Shown here: positions 37,798-49,400 of the stretch, in pieces
Numbering within the stretch: the first letter of the stretch is position 1
Layout: each line of letters starts with the position of its first letter
IMG/VR virus record: IMGVR_UViG_3300032093_000090
Coordinates: 5,940-69,939 of that record
DNA from: a virus
DNA: 64,000 bases
Reading direction: 5' to 3' (one strand)
Position numbers and translations under genes: made by a program
The notes under the pieces: model-generated
Databases searched by the model: none
Told to the model about the DNA's origin: nothing
The model's input: only the letters and a program-made list of their open reading frames with translations

Positions 37798-40422
37798 ATG
37801 CCAACAATAAATTTTCCTTCATCTCCCAATCCAAACGATCTTTATACGTTTGGTGGAAAAACATGGCTGTATAACGGCACTGCTTGGCAATTGCAAGCAC
37901 CTGTTACGTACACAGCTAATGTATTGGAGTCTGAAAGTAATCTTTATTATACAGATACTAGAGTTTACGCTAATGTTATAAATTTATTACCCACATTAGC
38001 CGGCAACAACATTAGTATTGCAGCAAATGGTCAAATTTCCGCAACAGGAACTTCTTCGGGCAGTTCATATGCTGCAGACATTATTGGTCTTAATACTGCC
38101 AATATCATTGGTCTTAACACTGCTAATGTTTCAGAATCGGCAAGCAATCTTTACTATACAAATGCAAGAGCAATATTAAATGTTATTCCGGCGGTAACAG
38201 AATTATTAGTTACTACTCCTGGGATGTATTATAGTATAGATCAGTATAGTGGAAACAATCCTGCTATAGATGTAAGAGCAGGTGAAACTATAGCATTTGG
38301 TCTCAATACTTCAGGCCACCCATTCATGATCCGTGTGTCAGATGGTGGTTCTAATTATGATACTGGGTTAATTCATGTTGATACAGACGGCACAGTCTCA
38401 ACAGGATCAGCTGCTCAAGGAAAAGAATCTGGTAGATTATTTTGGAAAATACCATATAGTTTAGCTGGTAATACTTACGTATACCAATGTTCTGTTCATA
38501 GTGGAATGGTAGGAAGTATTGTCATTTCCAAATCAGTTAGTTCTACAACAGATGTAAGCGAAGGCAGCAATCTATATTATACCAATGCTCGTGTTTATGC
38601 TAATGTTGTTGCATTGTTACCTACCTTGGCTGGAAATAATATCAGTATTGCAGCCAATGGCCAAATTTCTGCTTCTGCGGGTAGTGTGTATGCTGCAGAC
38701 ATTATTGGTCTTAATACTGCAAATATTTCCGAATTAACCAATCTATATTACACAAACGCAAGAGTTTATACTAATGTTGTTGCATTGTTACCTACCTATA
38801 CCGGTAATATTTCTGCAGATAATATATTTGCAAATTCAATTTATGTTGGAAGCGGTGGTTCTATCACTGGTGCCAATTTAATATCTACTAATATTATTTC
38901 AGCTACAACTTGGACTGGATTATATGCCGCAAATGTTGTTGGATTAACAACTAACAATGTTACCGAATTAACCAATCTATATTATACCAATTCAAGAGTA
39001 AGATCAAACGTAATAACATTGTTGCCTACTTTAGCTGGTGATAATATTACTATTGAAGCAAATGGTAGAATTTCAGCTAGTGCTCCGGCATCTGGTACAG
39101 TATTTGCTACAAGTGTTATTGGGCTAAATTCAAACATCTATTCAAACGTAATAACATTGTTGCCTACTTTAGCTGGTGATAATATTACTATTGAAGCAAA
39201 TGGTAGAATTTCAGCTAGTGCTCCGGCATCTGGTACAGTATTTGCTACAAGTGTTATTGGTCTTAATACTGCTAACATTATTGGGCTTAACACCGCTAAC
39301 GTAACTGAATTAGATAATTTATACTATACCAATGCCCGTGTTTATGCCAATGTTATTGGATTGTTAAATACCAAAGCAAATGTAGGTGATTTGGATGCTA
39401 AAGCAAATGTAGGTGATTTAGATGCTAAAGCAAATGTAGGTGATTTGGATGCTAAAGCAAATGTAGGTGATTTAACAACATCCAATGTTGCTGAAGGAAC
39501 AAATCTATATTATACCAATGCCCGTGTTTCCGCTAACGTAATTTCATTATTGCAGACGCTTGCAGGCAATAACATTAGTATTGCAGCAAATGGTCAAATT
39601 TCTGCAAATGTAGATGGCGGCGGTGGCGCCACAACATTAACTGGGTTAACAGACGTTAATGTTGTTGGAACTCCGGGTGACGGACAAGTATTAAAATATG
39701 ATAGTGCATCGGGTAAGTGGGTAAACGGCACTGACGCAACAGGCCCCGGCGGTAGTGGTACTTATGGTAATGCAGATGTAGCAGCATATTTAACAGTAAA
39801 TACTGGTAATATACGTGCAGGAAATGTCATAGCAAATACCTTTATATCAGGCGGTACTGGTTCCGGTGGATCTATTACTGGTGCCAATTTAATTTCCGCA
39901 AATAATATCATTGCAAATAACATTATATCTGGCGGAAGCACCGGCGGATCTATTACTGGTGCTAATTTAATTAGTACAAACAATATATCATCTGTAAACT
40001 GGATTGGACTATATACATCGAATGTAATTGAAACTGCTGGTAATTTATTCCTTTCAAATTCCTCATTAAGAACTGCGGTATTAAATCTTACAGATGGCAC
40101 TCTTGCAGTAGATGCTAATGGTAGAATTGGTGTTAACTTCTATGCTAATTCGCAAATAATTACAGGATCATCTTCTTATGTAAATTATAATTTAAATTAC
40201 GCAAATACAACTAATTCAAGTATTTTCGTAGCTATTGAGGGAATAGTACAGATTCCAGGAGTAGATTATTATGTAAGTGGTCAAACATTAACATTAACTT
40301 CGGCTCCTGACACAGGCGCAAATATTGAGGTACGATATATGGGATTAAAACAATCTCAAGGTCCTCAAACTCCTTCAACATCAATGGACACAATAAGCGC
40401 ATTCTTATTAATGGGGGCGTAA
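37798..40422 (+). CDS. Fibre protein with cupredoxin-like domain and repeats, 874 aa
   Basis: INFPSSP...TW.YNGTAW N-terminus; GHPF...YQCSVHSGM; ends ISAFLLMGA; AATAAATA at 37768-37775. Confidence 0.8.
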   Translation: MPTINFPSSPNPNDLYTFGGKTWLYNGTAWQLQAPVTYTANVLESESNLYYTDTRVYANVINLLPTLAGNNISIAANGQISATGTSSGSSYAADIIGLNTANIIGLNTANVSESASNLYYTNARAILNVIPAVTELLVTTPGMYYSIDQYSGNNPAIDVRAGETIAFGLNTSGHPFMIRVSDGGSNYDTGLIHVDTDGTVSTGSAAQGKESGRLFWKIPYSLAGNTYVYQCSVHSGMVGSIVISKSVSSTTDVSEGSNLYYTNARVYANVVALLPTLAGNNISIAANGQISASAGSVYAADIIGLNTANISELTNLYYTNARVYTNVVALLPTYTGNISADNIFANSIYVGSGGSITGANLISTNIISATTWTGLYAANVVGLTTNNVTELTNLYYTNSRVRSNVITLLPTLAGDNITIEANGRISASAPASGTVFATSVIGLNSNIYSNVITLLPTLAGDNITIEANGRISASAPASGTVFATSVIGLNTANIIGLNTANVTELDNLYYTNARVYANVIGLLNTKANVGDLDAKANVGDLDAKANVGDLDAKANVGDLTTSNVAEGTNLYYTNARVSANVISLLQTLAGNNISIAANGQISANVDGGGGATTLTGLTDVNVVGTPGDGQVLKYDSASGKWVNGTDATGPGGSGTYGNADVAAYLTVNTGNIRAGNVIANTFISGGTGSGGSITGANLISANNIIANNIISGGSTGGSITGANLISTNNISSVNWIGLYTSNVIETAGNLFLSNSSLRTAVLNLTDGTLAVDANGRIGVNFYANSQIITGSSSYVNYNLNYANTTNSSIFVAIEGIVQIPGVDYYVSGQTLTLTSAPDTGANIEVRYMGLKQSQGPQTPSTSMDTISAFLLMGA
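39004..39260 (+). repeat. Exact coding duplication of about 119 nt at 138-nt spacing
   Basis: 39004-39122 matches 39142-39260 (SNVITLLPTLAGDNITIEANGRISASAPASGTVFATSVIG). Confidence 0.85.
39373..39474 (+). repeat. 27-nt tandem repeat, about 3.8 copies (KANVGDLDA)
   Basis: aaagcaaatgtaggtgattt(g/a)gatgct repeated in tandem. Confidence 0.9.
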
Positions 40423-40429
40423 AAGAAAA

Positions 40430-40759
40430 ATGACAATCGCATATAAAATTTTAGGACAATCAAATCCAATTGCGAATACAGAAACAACGCTGTATACCGT
40501 TCCTGCAAATACCAGTGTTGTTGCATCTACATTAAACATTTGTAATCAATCATCTTCATCTGCAACATTTAGAATTGCAGTAAGACCCGGTGGCGAAACA
40601 CTTGCAGCAAAACATTATATTGCATACGATACAGTAATTCCGGCATTAGATATTATTAGTTTAACAATTGGCATGGCATTGGCAACAACAGATGTTGTAA
40701 CGGTTTATGCAAGCGCAAACACAATGAGTTTTAATTTATTTGGATCTGAGATTACGTAA
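40430..40759 (+). CDS. Small fibre-associated protein, paralogue B
   Basis: MTIAYKILGQ..P...TLYTVPA...STLNICNQ...FNLFGSEIT. Confidence 0.75.
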   Translation: MTIAYKILGQSNPIANTETTLYTVPANTSVVASTLNICNQSSSSATFRIAVRPGGETLAAKHYIAYDTVIPALDIISLTIGMALATTDVVTVYASANTMSFNLFGSEIT

Positions 40760-43700
40760 TGGCATTAACAGGATTTGCTACCAATAAGTTAAGTACATCT
40801 AGACCTACACTAACGAGTAGAGCTATTAATTCTAAACGATTTACTAACATCCGTGGCAATTATTCAAGGTTATCAAACCCCACAATCCCTCTCCCATATT
40901 TTGTACTGTCAACTGTTACTCCAAATGTAGTTGAGGGACAATCTCTTGCTATATCCGCGAGGGGTTATAATCTCCCAGCGGCAGATCAAAACGGATTATA
41001 TTACTGGACTATTGAATCAAATGCAGGAGATTTTGGCACAACTTCTGGCAATTTTACTATGACATGGAATGGTGATGCGTATGGATATTCGTTTGGTACT
41101 TTTTACGTGGCACCTACAAGCGATGCGGTAATAGAAGGAACCGAATATTTTACTGTTGCTTTAAGAACAGGTTCAACTAGTGGTACTATTGTAGCAACTG
41201 CTTCATTATCAATAAATGATCCTACCACATATTTCACATTCACATCCACTCCTAATCCTGTAACAGAAGGAAGTACTACAACAATTACTGTTCAAGGGTA
41301 TAATCTTGCTATTGAAAGTGGAACATACTATTGGACAATTGAAACAAATGCTGTTGATTTCGGCACAACTTCTGGTAGTTTCACATTAACAAGCGGAGCA
41401 GGTTCATTTACGGTAAGTCCAACTTCAGATTTTGTAATAGAAGGAAATGAACCGTTTACTATTGCTATTAGAACTGGCTCTACAAGCGGGCCTATCATAT
41501 CAACTTCTTCGTCATTAACAATACAAGATCTATTAGGTGAAACCTATTTTAAATTTAATACCGCACTAATATCCGCTGAACCAGTTTCGGCAAATACTTT
41601 TATTTCAACGGTAAGGCCTGTTAGTAATGTGATAACTACAGGTGGGAATACTCGTCCAAGTAAATTTAATCCTTATACCCCGGGATATTATAGTAGTGAT
41701 TTTAGTTCAGGAAGTTACCTTCAAATAACCGACAATGTTTTATTTGATTTCGCAGGTGATTTTACTGTTGAGATGTGGATGAAAATGGGATCATTTTCCG
41801 TTGATGGCGGCGCATCGCCAGCAATAATAAGTGGTACTAACGATTCAGGTAGTTGGCTAATATTAGTTGGCGCTTCTGCTATTACGTTATACTATAATCT
41901 ATCACAGGTTTTTTCCAGTACGACTACTATTGCAGTTGGAGAATGGTTTCATTTTGCATGGAGCCGTTCTTCGGGCACTATGAGAATGTTTAAGAATGGT
42001 ACTCAAATTGGATCACATACTGCATCCACCACCTATACGTGTAATGGTGATTTGTATGTGGGTGTACAAAAACCAGGAGCAGGTAGAACATATGGCGAAG
42101 TATCTAATCTTAGAATTGTAAATGGTACGGGATTATATACCGCAGAATTCACTCCAAGCACCGAGCCGTTAACCGCAATACCAAATACTGTGTTGTTGAC
42201 GTGTCGCTCAAATAGAGCAAATGTTGATATTTCTTCATACAATCATCCCGTTTCCTCACAAGGGACCGTGGGAATAAAATCCTTTACTCCACTAAATCCT
42301 AATCCACTTTACAATGACTATGGAAGTGCTTGGTTCTTTACAAACGGCGGGTCAAACAACGGTGATTATATAGGTGGATTTATTTCACCTACATTGGGTA
42401 CTTTAGACCACACGATTGAATTTTGGTATTACAACGATGGTGCTTTACAAACTTATGGCAATCCTTGGACATATAATGGATCGGCAACACAACAGGCCAC
42501 AAATAATTACTATCTTTCTATAGGTGCTGCTGGTTCTGGAGTATTGTTGGGAAGCGGTTCAGCATCTTGGACTTTTAATATGGGATTTACAACCCCTCCT
42601 ATTAATACGTGGAATCATATTGCGTTGACACGCGCTGGTAGCACATTTAGAATTTTTGTTAATGGTATACAAGCAGGCACTGCTACAACAAGTCAAGCAA
42701 TCGGCGCACCAAACGGACAAATGTTATTAGGTACTTATGCAATAGGTGCAGCAAACGGAAATTGGATTAATGGATATATAAGTGATTTTAGATATGTTAT
42801 AGGTACTGCAGTATATACCGGAAACTTTACTCCGCCTACTGCACCGTTGTTGCCTGGAGGCACAGCAGTAACTTATCCAAGTACTGCAAATGTTAATTCA
42901 ACATTTTCTGCAGCAAATACTGCGCTATTACTTTGTCAGGGCAATAAAGCTGTAACAAATAATGCATTTTTAGATAAAAGTAATAATGCTTTTGCAATTA
43001 CCCGCAATGGAAATTCTACTCAAGGCACATTTAGTCCACATGGTAGTAATTGGAGTAATTACTTTGACGGTACTGGAGATTATTTAAGTTTACCAATAGG
43101 GGCATACTCTGATTTTGGTAGTGGCGCATTTACTATTGAAATGTGGATTTATCCTACTCTAACAGCAACCCAACAAGTTATAGCATTCCACGGTTGGTCT
43201 GGCTCTGGTGCATTGAATTTTGGTTGGAATATACAGATTAATACCAGTAATCAAATGGCATTTTATGCAAATGGTTCGCTGCAAGCATTCACTGATCTAG
43301 TTGCAACTATAAACGCATGGAATCATATTGCATTTGTCGGCACAGGGGGGGTATTATCTGCATACAGGAACGGGATAAAAAGTGCAACAACTTTAACATA
43401 TACTGCTATAGTAGATAGATCAACTATGACTACGGTAATTGGTGGTTGGAATGACAACAATGAATTAATTGCTGAACGATATTTTTATAGAGGATACGTA
43501 TCCAATTTTCGGGTTGTTAAGGGTACTGCAGTATATACATCTAATTTCCCTGCACCCAATGTAACCCCATTAACAGCAATAACCAATACTAGTTTTTTAA
43601 CATGTCAGTCTAATCGTCTTATTGATACTTCTACAAATAGGTTTACTATTACAAAAAGTGGCGATACAAAAGTACAGCGTTTTTCCCCTTACGCACCAAG

Positions 43701-45648
43701 CACCGTTTACTCGCCTAGTACAATTGGAGGTTCGGTATACTTTGATGGTACTGGAGATTATTTAAACACCGCATCACAATCTTCGGTCCCGACAATATCA
43801 AATGCCCACACATTCTTAGCTGGTACAGATTTTACAATTGAAGCATGGATATATCCAACAGCAGCAGTTGCATATCAAGAAGTGATTGGTATTTATTCTG
43901 GTGCCACAACTGGAAGGTGGATTATTAGAACAAATGCAGATGGCATAACATTAGGTTTTTATCAATATCCAAGTATTTCTGATGTTGCAATGGGTGCAGC
44001 ATTAAAATTAAATACGTGGAATCATATTGCGTTAGTTCGTTCAGGTTCAACAATAACTGGATATATTAATGGTATAGGAACAACAGTGTATAATGGATCA
44101 ATTAATCTTGACGGTGGCGCTGAAGCACTCTATATCGGACAAGCTTATCCTGGCAGAACACCTTGGAATGGATATCAAAGTGATTTACGAATTGTTAGGG
44201 GCACTGCAGTATATACTGGTAATTTTACACCGCCAACTGCACCATTAACAGCAAACGGGAATCCAACTTTATATACAAGTACTGCAAATGTTAACACCAC
44301 ATTTTCTGGCGGCAATACAAATTTATTGTTAAATTTTGCGGAAGCCGGAATTTATGATTCTACAATGCTTAACAATTTTGAAACTGTGGGTGATGTAAAA
44401 ATAGTACCTAGAACTGCATATGCCGGGGAACTTTATTATAGTAATTATTTTGATGGCAGTGGAGACTATTTAACAATTTCATCTGCTGCTATTGTAAATT
44501 TCTCAGCAGCATATACTGTAGAATGTTGGTTTTATTTGCCTGGAAACTTAACGTATCTTGCCGGTGGTAATAACTATGTAGGAAGATTTATAGACGCACA
44601 GGGAACAGGTGGTTTTGAATTCTCACTTCTGAGTGCATCATCTTCAGTAACTACCCCGACTCAAATTTCTGTATCCGCATATGGGGGTGGCGGCCCTACG
44701 CAACAGCTTGCAACAGGATTAACTATTCCAACAAGTCAATGGCATCATATTGCAGTTGTACGAAACGGATCTAATGTACAATCTATATTTTTAAACGGTG
44801 TTAGAGTAGCAACAGGAACAATTTCTGGTTCTTGGGCATCTAATGGTACTGTCTATATTGCTGGAGATACTGGAATTAATTATTATGGATATTTTCCAGG
44901 TTATATTAAAGATATGCGAGTTTCAAACGGCACTGCGTTTTATGACCCAACATTAACAACATTAACAGTGCCAACTGCACCATTAACTGCAATAACAGGT
45001 ACAACACTATTGACCTGCCAAAATAATCGATTTAAAGATAATTCTACAAATAATTTTACTATTACTATAAATGGTGAAACGCAGATAACGGAATTTAATC
45101 CTTTCCGAACAAGTACTGGTAGTAGCATATACTTTGATGGCACAGGTGATTATTTAACTACTCTTGGCAATGATGTATTTGCTTTAGGGACAGGAAGTTT
45201 TACTGTAGAAGCATGGATTTATCCAACAGCTGCACGGGGAGTTACATTAGTATCATCTAATTATAATTATTCAACTGCTGATGGAAATTGGAGCTTATAT
45301 TTTACTGTGGGATCAGCCAGCACTATTTACTTTAACGCTGGGAATTCTACCGGATTTGCAAATCATGGTTCTAGTACAACAGTTACAATACCTATAAATG
45401 CATGGACGCACATTGCATATTCTAGATATGGGGGAAATGGATATTTTTATATTAATGGCGTGCAACTTGGTACTGCAGTAGCCGATACCTCAAATTATGT
45501 AGGAAGCAGTGGCCTTCTTTATATAGGCAGACAAAATGATGGTACTAGCCAATTTATGGGGTATATCCAAGATTTTCGTATAACCAAAGGCTATGCTAGA
45601 TATAGTGCAAATTTTACACCCCCTACAACAGCATTTATTAAACAATAA
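40759..45648 (+). CDS. Multi-LamG (six domains) virion protein with two N-terminal Calx-beta-like repeats, 1629 aa
   Basis: Six (F/H/Y)T(V/I)ExW...W.H(I/F)A...(D/N)(F/L/M)R units; two D.VIEG.E.FT..R repeats. Confidence 0.85.
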   Translation: MALTGFATNKLSTSRPTLTSRAINSKRFTNIRGNYSRLSNPTIPLPYFVLSTVTPNVVEGQSLAISARGYNLPAADQNGLYYWTIESNAGDFGTTSGNFTMTWNGDAYGYSFGTFYVAPTSDAVIEGTEYFTVALRTGSTSGTIVATASLSINDPTTYFTFTSTPNPVTEGSTTTITVQGYNLAIESGTYYWTIETNAVDFGTTSGSFTLTSGAGSFTVSPTSDFVIEGNEPFTIAIRTGSTSGPIISTSSSLTIQDLLGETYFKFNTALISAEPVSANTFISTVRPVSNVITTGGNTRPSKFNPYTPGYYSSDFSSGSYLQITDNVLFDFAGDFTVEMWMKMGSFSVDGGASPAIISGTNDSGSWLILVGASAITLYYNLSQVFSSTTTIAVGEWFHFAWSRSSGTMRMFKNGTQIGSHTASTTYTCNGDLYVGVQKPGAGRTYGEVSNLRIVNGTGLYTAEFTPSTEPLTAIPNTVLLTCRSNRANVDISSYNHPVSSQGTVGIKSFTPLNPNPLYNDYGSAWFFTNGGSNNGDYIGGFISPTLGTLDHTIEFWYYNDGALQTYGNPWTYNGSATQQATNNYYLSIGAAGSGVLLGSGSASWTFNMGFTTPPINTWNHIALTRAGSTFRIFVNGIQAGTATTSQAIGAPNGQMLLGTYAIGAANGNWINGYISDFRYVIGTAVYTGNFTPPTAPLLPGGTAVTYPSTANVNSTFSAANTALLLCQGNKAVTNNAFLDKSNNAFAITRNGNSTQGTFSPHGSNWSNYFDGTGDYLSLPIGAYSDFGSGAFTIEMWIYPTLTATQQVIAFHGWSGSGALNFGWNIQINTSNQMAFYANGSLQAFTDLVATINAWNHIAFVGTGGVLSAYRNGIKSATTLTYTAIVDRSTMTTVIGGWNDNNELIAERYFYRGYVSNFRVVKGTAVYTSNFPAPNVTPLTAITNTSFLTCQSNRLIDTSTNRFTITKSGDTKVQRFSPYAPSTVYSPSTIGGSVYFDGTGDYLNTASQSSVPTISNAHTFLAGTDFTIEAWIYPTAAVAYQEVIGIYSGATTGRWIIRTNADGITLGFYQYPSISDVAMGAALKLNTWNHIALVRSGSTITGYINGIGTTVYNGSINLDGGAEALYIGQAYPGRTPWNGYQSDLRIVRGTAVYTGNFTPPTAPLTANGNPTLYTSTANVNTTFSGGNTNLLLNFAEAGIYDSTMLNNFETVGDVKIVPRTAYAGELYYSNYFDGSGDYLTISSAAIVNFSAAYTVECWFYLPGNLTYLAGGNNYVGRFIDAQGTGGFEFSLLSASSSVTTPTQISVSAYGGGGPTQQLATGLTIPTSQWHHIAVVRNGSNVQSIFLNGVRVATGTISGSWASNGTVYIAGDTGINYYGYFPGYIKDMRVSNGTAFYDPTLTTLTVPTAPLTAITGTTLLTCQNNRFKDNSTNNFTITINGETQITEFNPFRTSTGSSIYFDGTGDYLTTLGNDVFALGTGSFTVEAWIYPTAARGVTLVSSNYNYSTADGNWSLYFTVGSASTIYFNAGNSTGFANHGSSTTVTIPINAWTHIAYSRYGGNGYFYINGVQLGTAVADTSNYVGSSGLLYIGRQNDGTSQFMGYIQDFRITKGYARYSANFTPPTTAFIKQ

Positions 45649-45650
45649 AA

Positions 45651-45992
45651 ATGGCAACAACATACAAAGTTTTAGGACAGATAAATCCAGCATCAAATAC
45701 GTTAACCAACGTATATGTAGTACCTTCGTATTATAATGCTGTTATCAGTACAGTCGCAATTTGCAATCAAAGTTCGGCAAATACAACGTTTAGCCTTGCA
45801 GTTCAACCCAAAGGAAATACGTTAGTTACACAACATTATATAGTATATAACGCAAGTTTGCCTGCAAATGATACTATTCCTTACACTATTGGTATTACGT
45901 TAGGCCCAGGCGACATACTTTCAGCAAATACTTATTCATCTAATGTAAGTATTACGGCATTTGGCATGCAAGCCGACAGTATTTCACCCTAA
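45651..45992 (+). CDS. Small fibre-associated protein, paralogue C
   Basis: MATTYKVLGQINP...YVVP...ISTVAICNQ...GITLGPGD...ITAFG. Confidence 0.75.
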   Translation: MATTYKVLGQINPASNTLTNVYVVPSYYNAVISTVAICNQSSANTTFSLAVQPKGNTLVTQHYIVYNASLPANDTIPYTIGITLGPGDILSANTYSSNVSITAFGMQADSISP

Positions 45993-46014
45993 TAAATAAT
46001 AAAAAAGGTAACAG

Positions 46015-46401
46015 ATGTCAACCCGTAGAATTAATATACCATCGCAAGTAAACGTAACATACCCTACAGTATGCGACGATATTAGCCCAGAATTTGATGG
46101 GCTAAGATGCGTATTTCAATTAAAGTTGGATCAAGACTATATAAATACTATAGCAGATTCAAAAAATTTACAAATTATCATGGGCAGGCAAGTTTTGTCT
46201 CCTTATGTTAAAGAACAAAGGTATCCTTGGTTTACAGAGTATGACTCACACAAAGGGTTTCGAGTAAGAGGAAGTAATGTAACGATATATAATGCACCCG
46301 ATGTAGGAGATTACGCAGTTACCACTGTAATTGGCGCAAATCCAACTCCCCAAGTAAGAAAATATCCATATTCCGCCAGCACTATCGCATTAGGAGATTA
46401 A
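46015..46401 (+). CDS. Hypothetical structural protein
   Basis: AATAAATA at 45991-45998; DDISPEFDG...F.L; ends TIALGD. Confidence 0.6.
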   Translation: MSTRRINIPSQVNVTYPTVCDDISPEFDGLRCVFQLKLDQDYINTIADSKNLQIIMGRQVLSPYVKEQRYPWFTEYDSHKGFRVRGSNVTIYNAPDVGDYAVTTVIGANPTPQVRKYPYSASTIALGD

Positions 46402-46405
46402 GACA

Positions 46406-49400
46406 ATGGCAAAGCATATAATCGCAGAAAGTTATACTTTCAACCCAGCAACAAAAACAATAACGATTGACAACAAATTGGTTCGTCAAGAACAGTTGCT
46501 GTTAATTACCAACGTGACACGCGGAACTGTTTTATACAACTTCAGCGATCCTGCTCTTGGTGCCGCAAGTTATACAACAAGTGCAAACGTAACAACTGGT
46601 CAAGTAACAACAACGATCTTGTTAAATTACGCAACAGGATCAATGTCCTCAACTGATAAGATTAGTATTATTGTTGAAGAGACTAACGAATCGTTCCAAC
46701 CTTCTCAGGAATACACAGATCCTGTTAACAAGTTTAGAACATCTAGTCCTCAAGCGTTAATTGATACCGACTTTGAATATGGTACTCAATCGACAAAGTG
46801 GGAAACATTGGCCATGGTAAATAATAGACCGTTTGCCTTTTATGATGTAACGCGTCCAATGAATATTTCTAATGTGTATTCAGCAGGACCAAATACCAGA
46901 TCATTTATTGCTAACACGTTCCCATCTATTCCTCCTGTTCAAGGTTCTCCATTCTTTATTCAAGATACAACATTTGCAGGCGCGGATGGGGTGTATATTG
47001 CAGAATATTCAAACTTAGCAGCAAACCTTGTACAGTATACCGGCAAGGTTCAGTATACTGGCACTGCTGCAAATCTATTTACATCAAATGTTACTGCAGC
47101 ATTCTATGGCAACATTTATAGTAATGTTATAATTACCATGGCCAATATTGCATTCAGAGGAAATATAATTGATGTATCAACTGCAATACCGCATGGATTG
47201 CTAATTGGTAACGAAATTGCATTAGTACTTGCAACCGGCGGTGGCGGGTTTGCTCCTAATGGTTCATGGACAGTTGCTACAGTAACAAACAATACATCAT
47301 TTAGTTTCTTTGCTAATAATACCCCAACAGGTTCTATCATAGGCGGTAACTTATATGTTAGACCAACAGGGCAGTCATTGCATAGAGCATTTGACGGCGG
47401 TGTTATATTTAGTACAAACTCTGCAAGTCATAACAATCAGCTAATTAGACAGACACGTAGATATTTCCGTTATCAATCTGGTAAAGGTATTCAGGTAAGT
47501 ACTGGTTCTATAATGAAACCAAACTTTAATGTTGATAGAATTTCTGCAGTTGGTACTACGGTAACAGTGGTTTCAAAACAACCACACAACTTAATTCCGG
47601 GTGCAGGTATTACTGTTGCAGGATGTAATGAGGCAGGATACAATGGTTCTTTCCAAGTAGAAAGTGTTATTGATGCTTATAGATTAACATATAATGCAAC
47701 AACATCTGGTATGGCATCGCCTGCAAGTGGCAATTATGTTGTATCTGTTTCTACTTGGTATGGTGCAACAAATCGTCTTGGTATTTTTGATTCTCAAAAT
47801 GGGTTATTCTTTGAATATGACGGTACAACATTATATGCAGTACGTCGTTCATCTACATATCAATTATCTGGATTCTGCAGTATTTCCCCTGGTAGTGAAA
47901 TTGTTACCGGTGTATCTGTTAATGGTGTATCCCCTATATATTCTAAACAATTAATTCCTGGTGATTTTGTTGTAATTAAAGGAATGTCTTATAAAGTAGA
48001 TAGTATTCTATCTGACAATCAATTCGTAATTATTCCTTCATACAGAGGTATTGTTCCTATAACGAATGCAATTGTAAGTAAAACAATAGATTTAAAGATT
48101 CCGCAATCTCAATTTAATTTAGATAAGTTGGATGGAACGGGTTCATCGGGTATAAATGTGGATCTAACAAAAATGCAGATGTTCTACATCGACTATTCTT
48201 GGTACGGTGCAGGCTTTATTCGTTGGGGAATGAGAGGACAAAATGGCGATTGTATATATGCGCATAAGTTAATGAATAATAATGTTAACTATGAAGCATA
48301 TATGCGTTCTGGTAATTTACCAGCAAGATATGAGACTGCTACATTCCCTACAGATACTTTACTAACTGCTAACGTAACTGCTGCAGAAGTAGGTACAATT
48401 TTTGTTCATGATACTACAGGATTCCCACCTGTAGGATCAGCGGTGTTAAGAACTGCAAATGCATATGAATATTTTAATTATACTGCAAAAACGGCAAATA
48501 CATTTACAGGGTTGACTAGAGGACAAACAGGAAATCTAAATTTACTTGTTACATCAACTTCTACTGAAAATCCTGTTCTAACTACTGTTAATACTACAGG
48601 GATACAAATTGGCCAATATGTAGACAATAAAGATTTTGTTGATGCTGGCGCATTTGTTACAAATCTAGTCTCAAATACATCTATTACACTATCACAAGCA
48701 CCTAATAAAGTAGGAACGTTTGGACTTAAAGTTGCTCCGATGGGATTAACTGCACAGGTATGGAATTATTCTGGAACTGTTCCTATTGCAGTTGAACATC
48801 ACGGTCCAATTTTTGCACCAACCCTTTCACACTGGGGAACATCTGTAATTATGGACGGTAGATTCGATGACGATAAATCATTCGTGTTTACACAAGGTAC
48901 ACAAAGTGGTATCTCTGTACCGGCGAACGGAGGAAGATCATGTATTCAAAGCTTCCGCGTTTCTCCTAGTGTAAGCAATGGTGTTGCCGGCGGTGGCCTA
49001 GGCATTAGAGAAATTATCAATCGCATGCAGATGGTTTTACGACAGATTGACTTGTTTGCGAATGGTTCAGTTCTTGTTAGTATCATACTAAATGGTACAG
49101 TATCTCCTGGTACTCCTAATTGGCAATCTGTAGGTGGTTCAAGCTTAGCGCAATATATTAACCATACGCCAGGGACAAGAATAGACGGCGGTGAAGTTAT
49201 TTACGGTTTCTACTTAAATACTACAGGTGTTGCAACACAATTTAATACTACCCAGCAAGATTTGAACTTGGTTCGAGATTTGGGTACTAGTATTTTAAGC
49301 GGTGGAACATCTGCGTTATCAAACGTTGATGTTTATCCAAACGGCCCTGATATGGTAACAATTGTTGCACAAAACATTGGTCCGGTTGTAGCAAATATTA

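Larger units (their letters stand above)
15130..39540 (+). repeat. Dispersed family of coding repeats of about 105 nt (NLYYTNARV units) across five fibre genes
   Basis: Recurrent aatttatattatactaatgcaagagtt-like units, with long exact duplicates such as 24050-24164 = 28775-28889. Boundaries approximate. Confidence 0.85.

Noticed and set aside
15130-39540. Regularly spaced repeats resembling a CRISPR array
   Set aside because: They are in-frame coding repeats with synonymous variation inside long ORFs; there are no unique spacers or cas genes.
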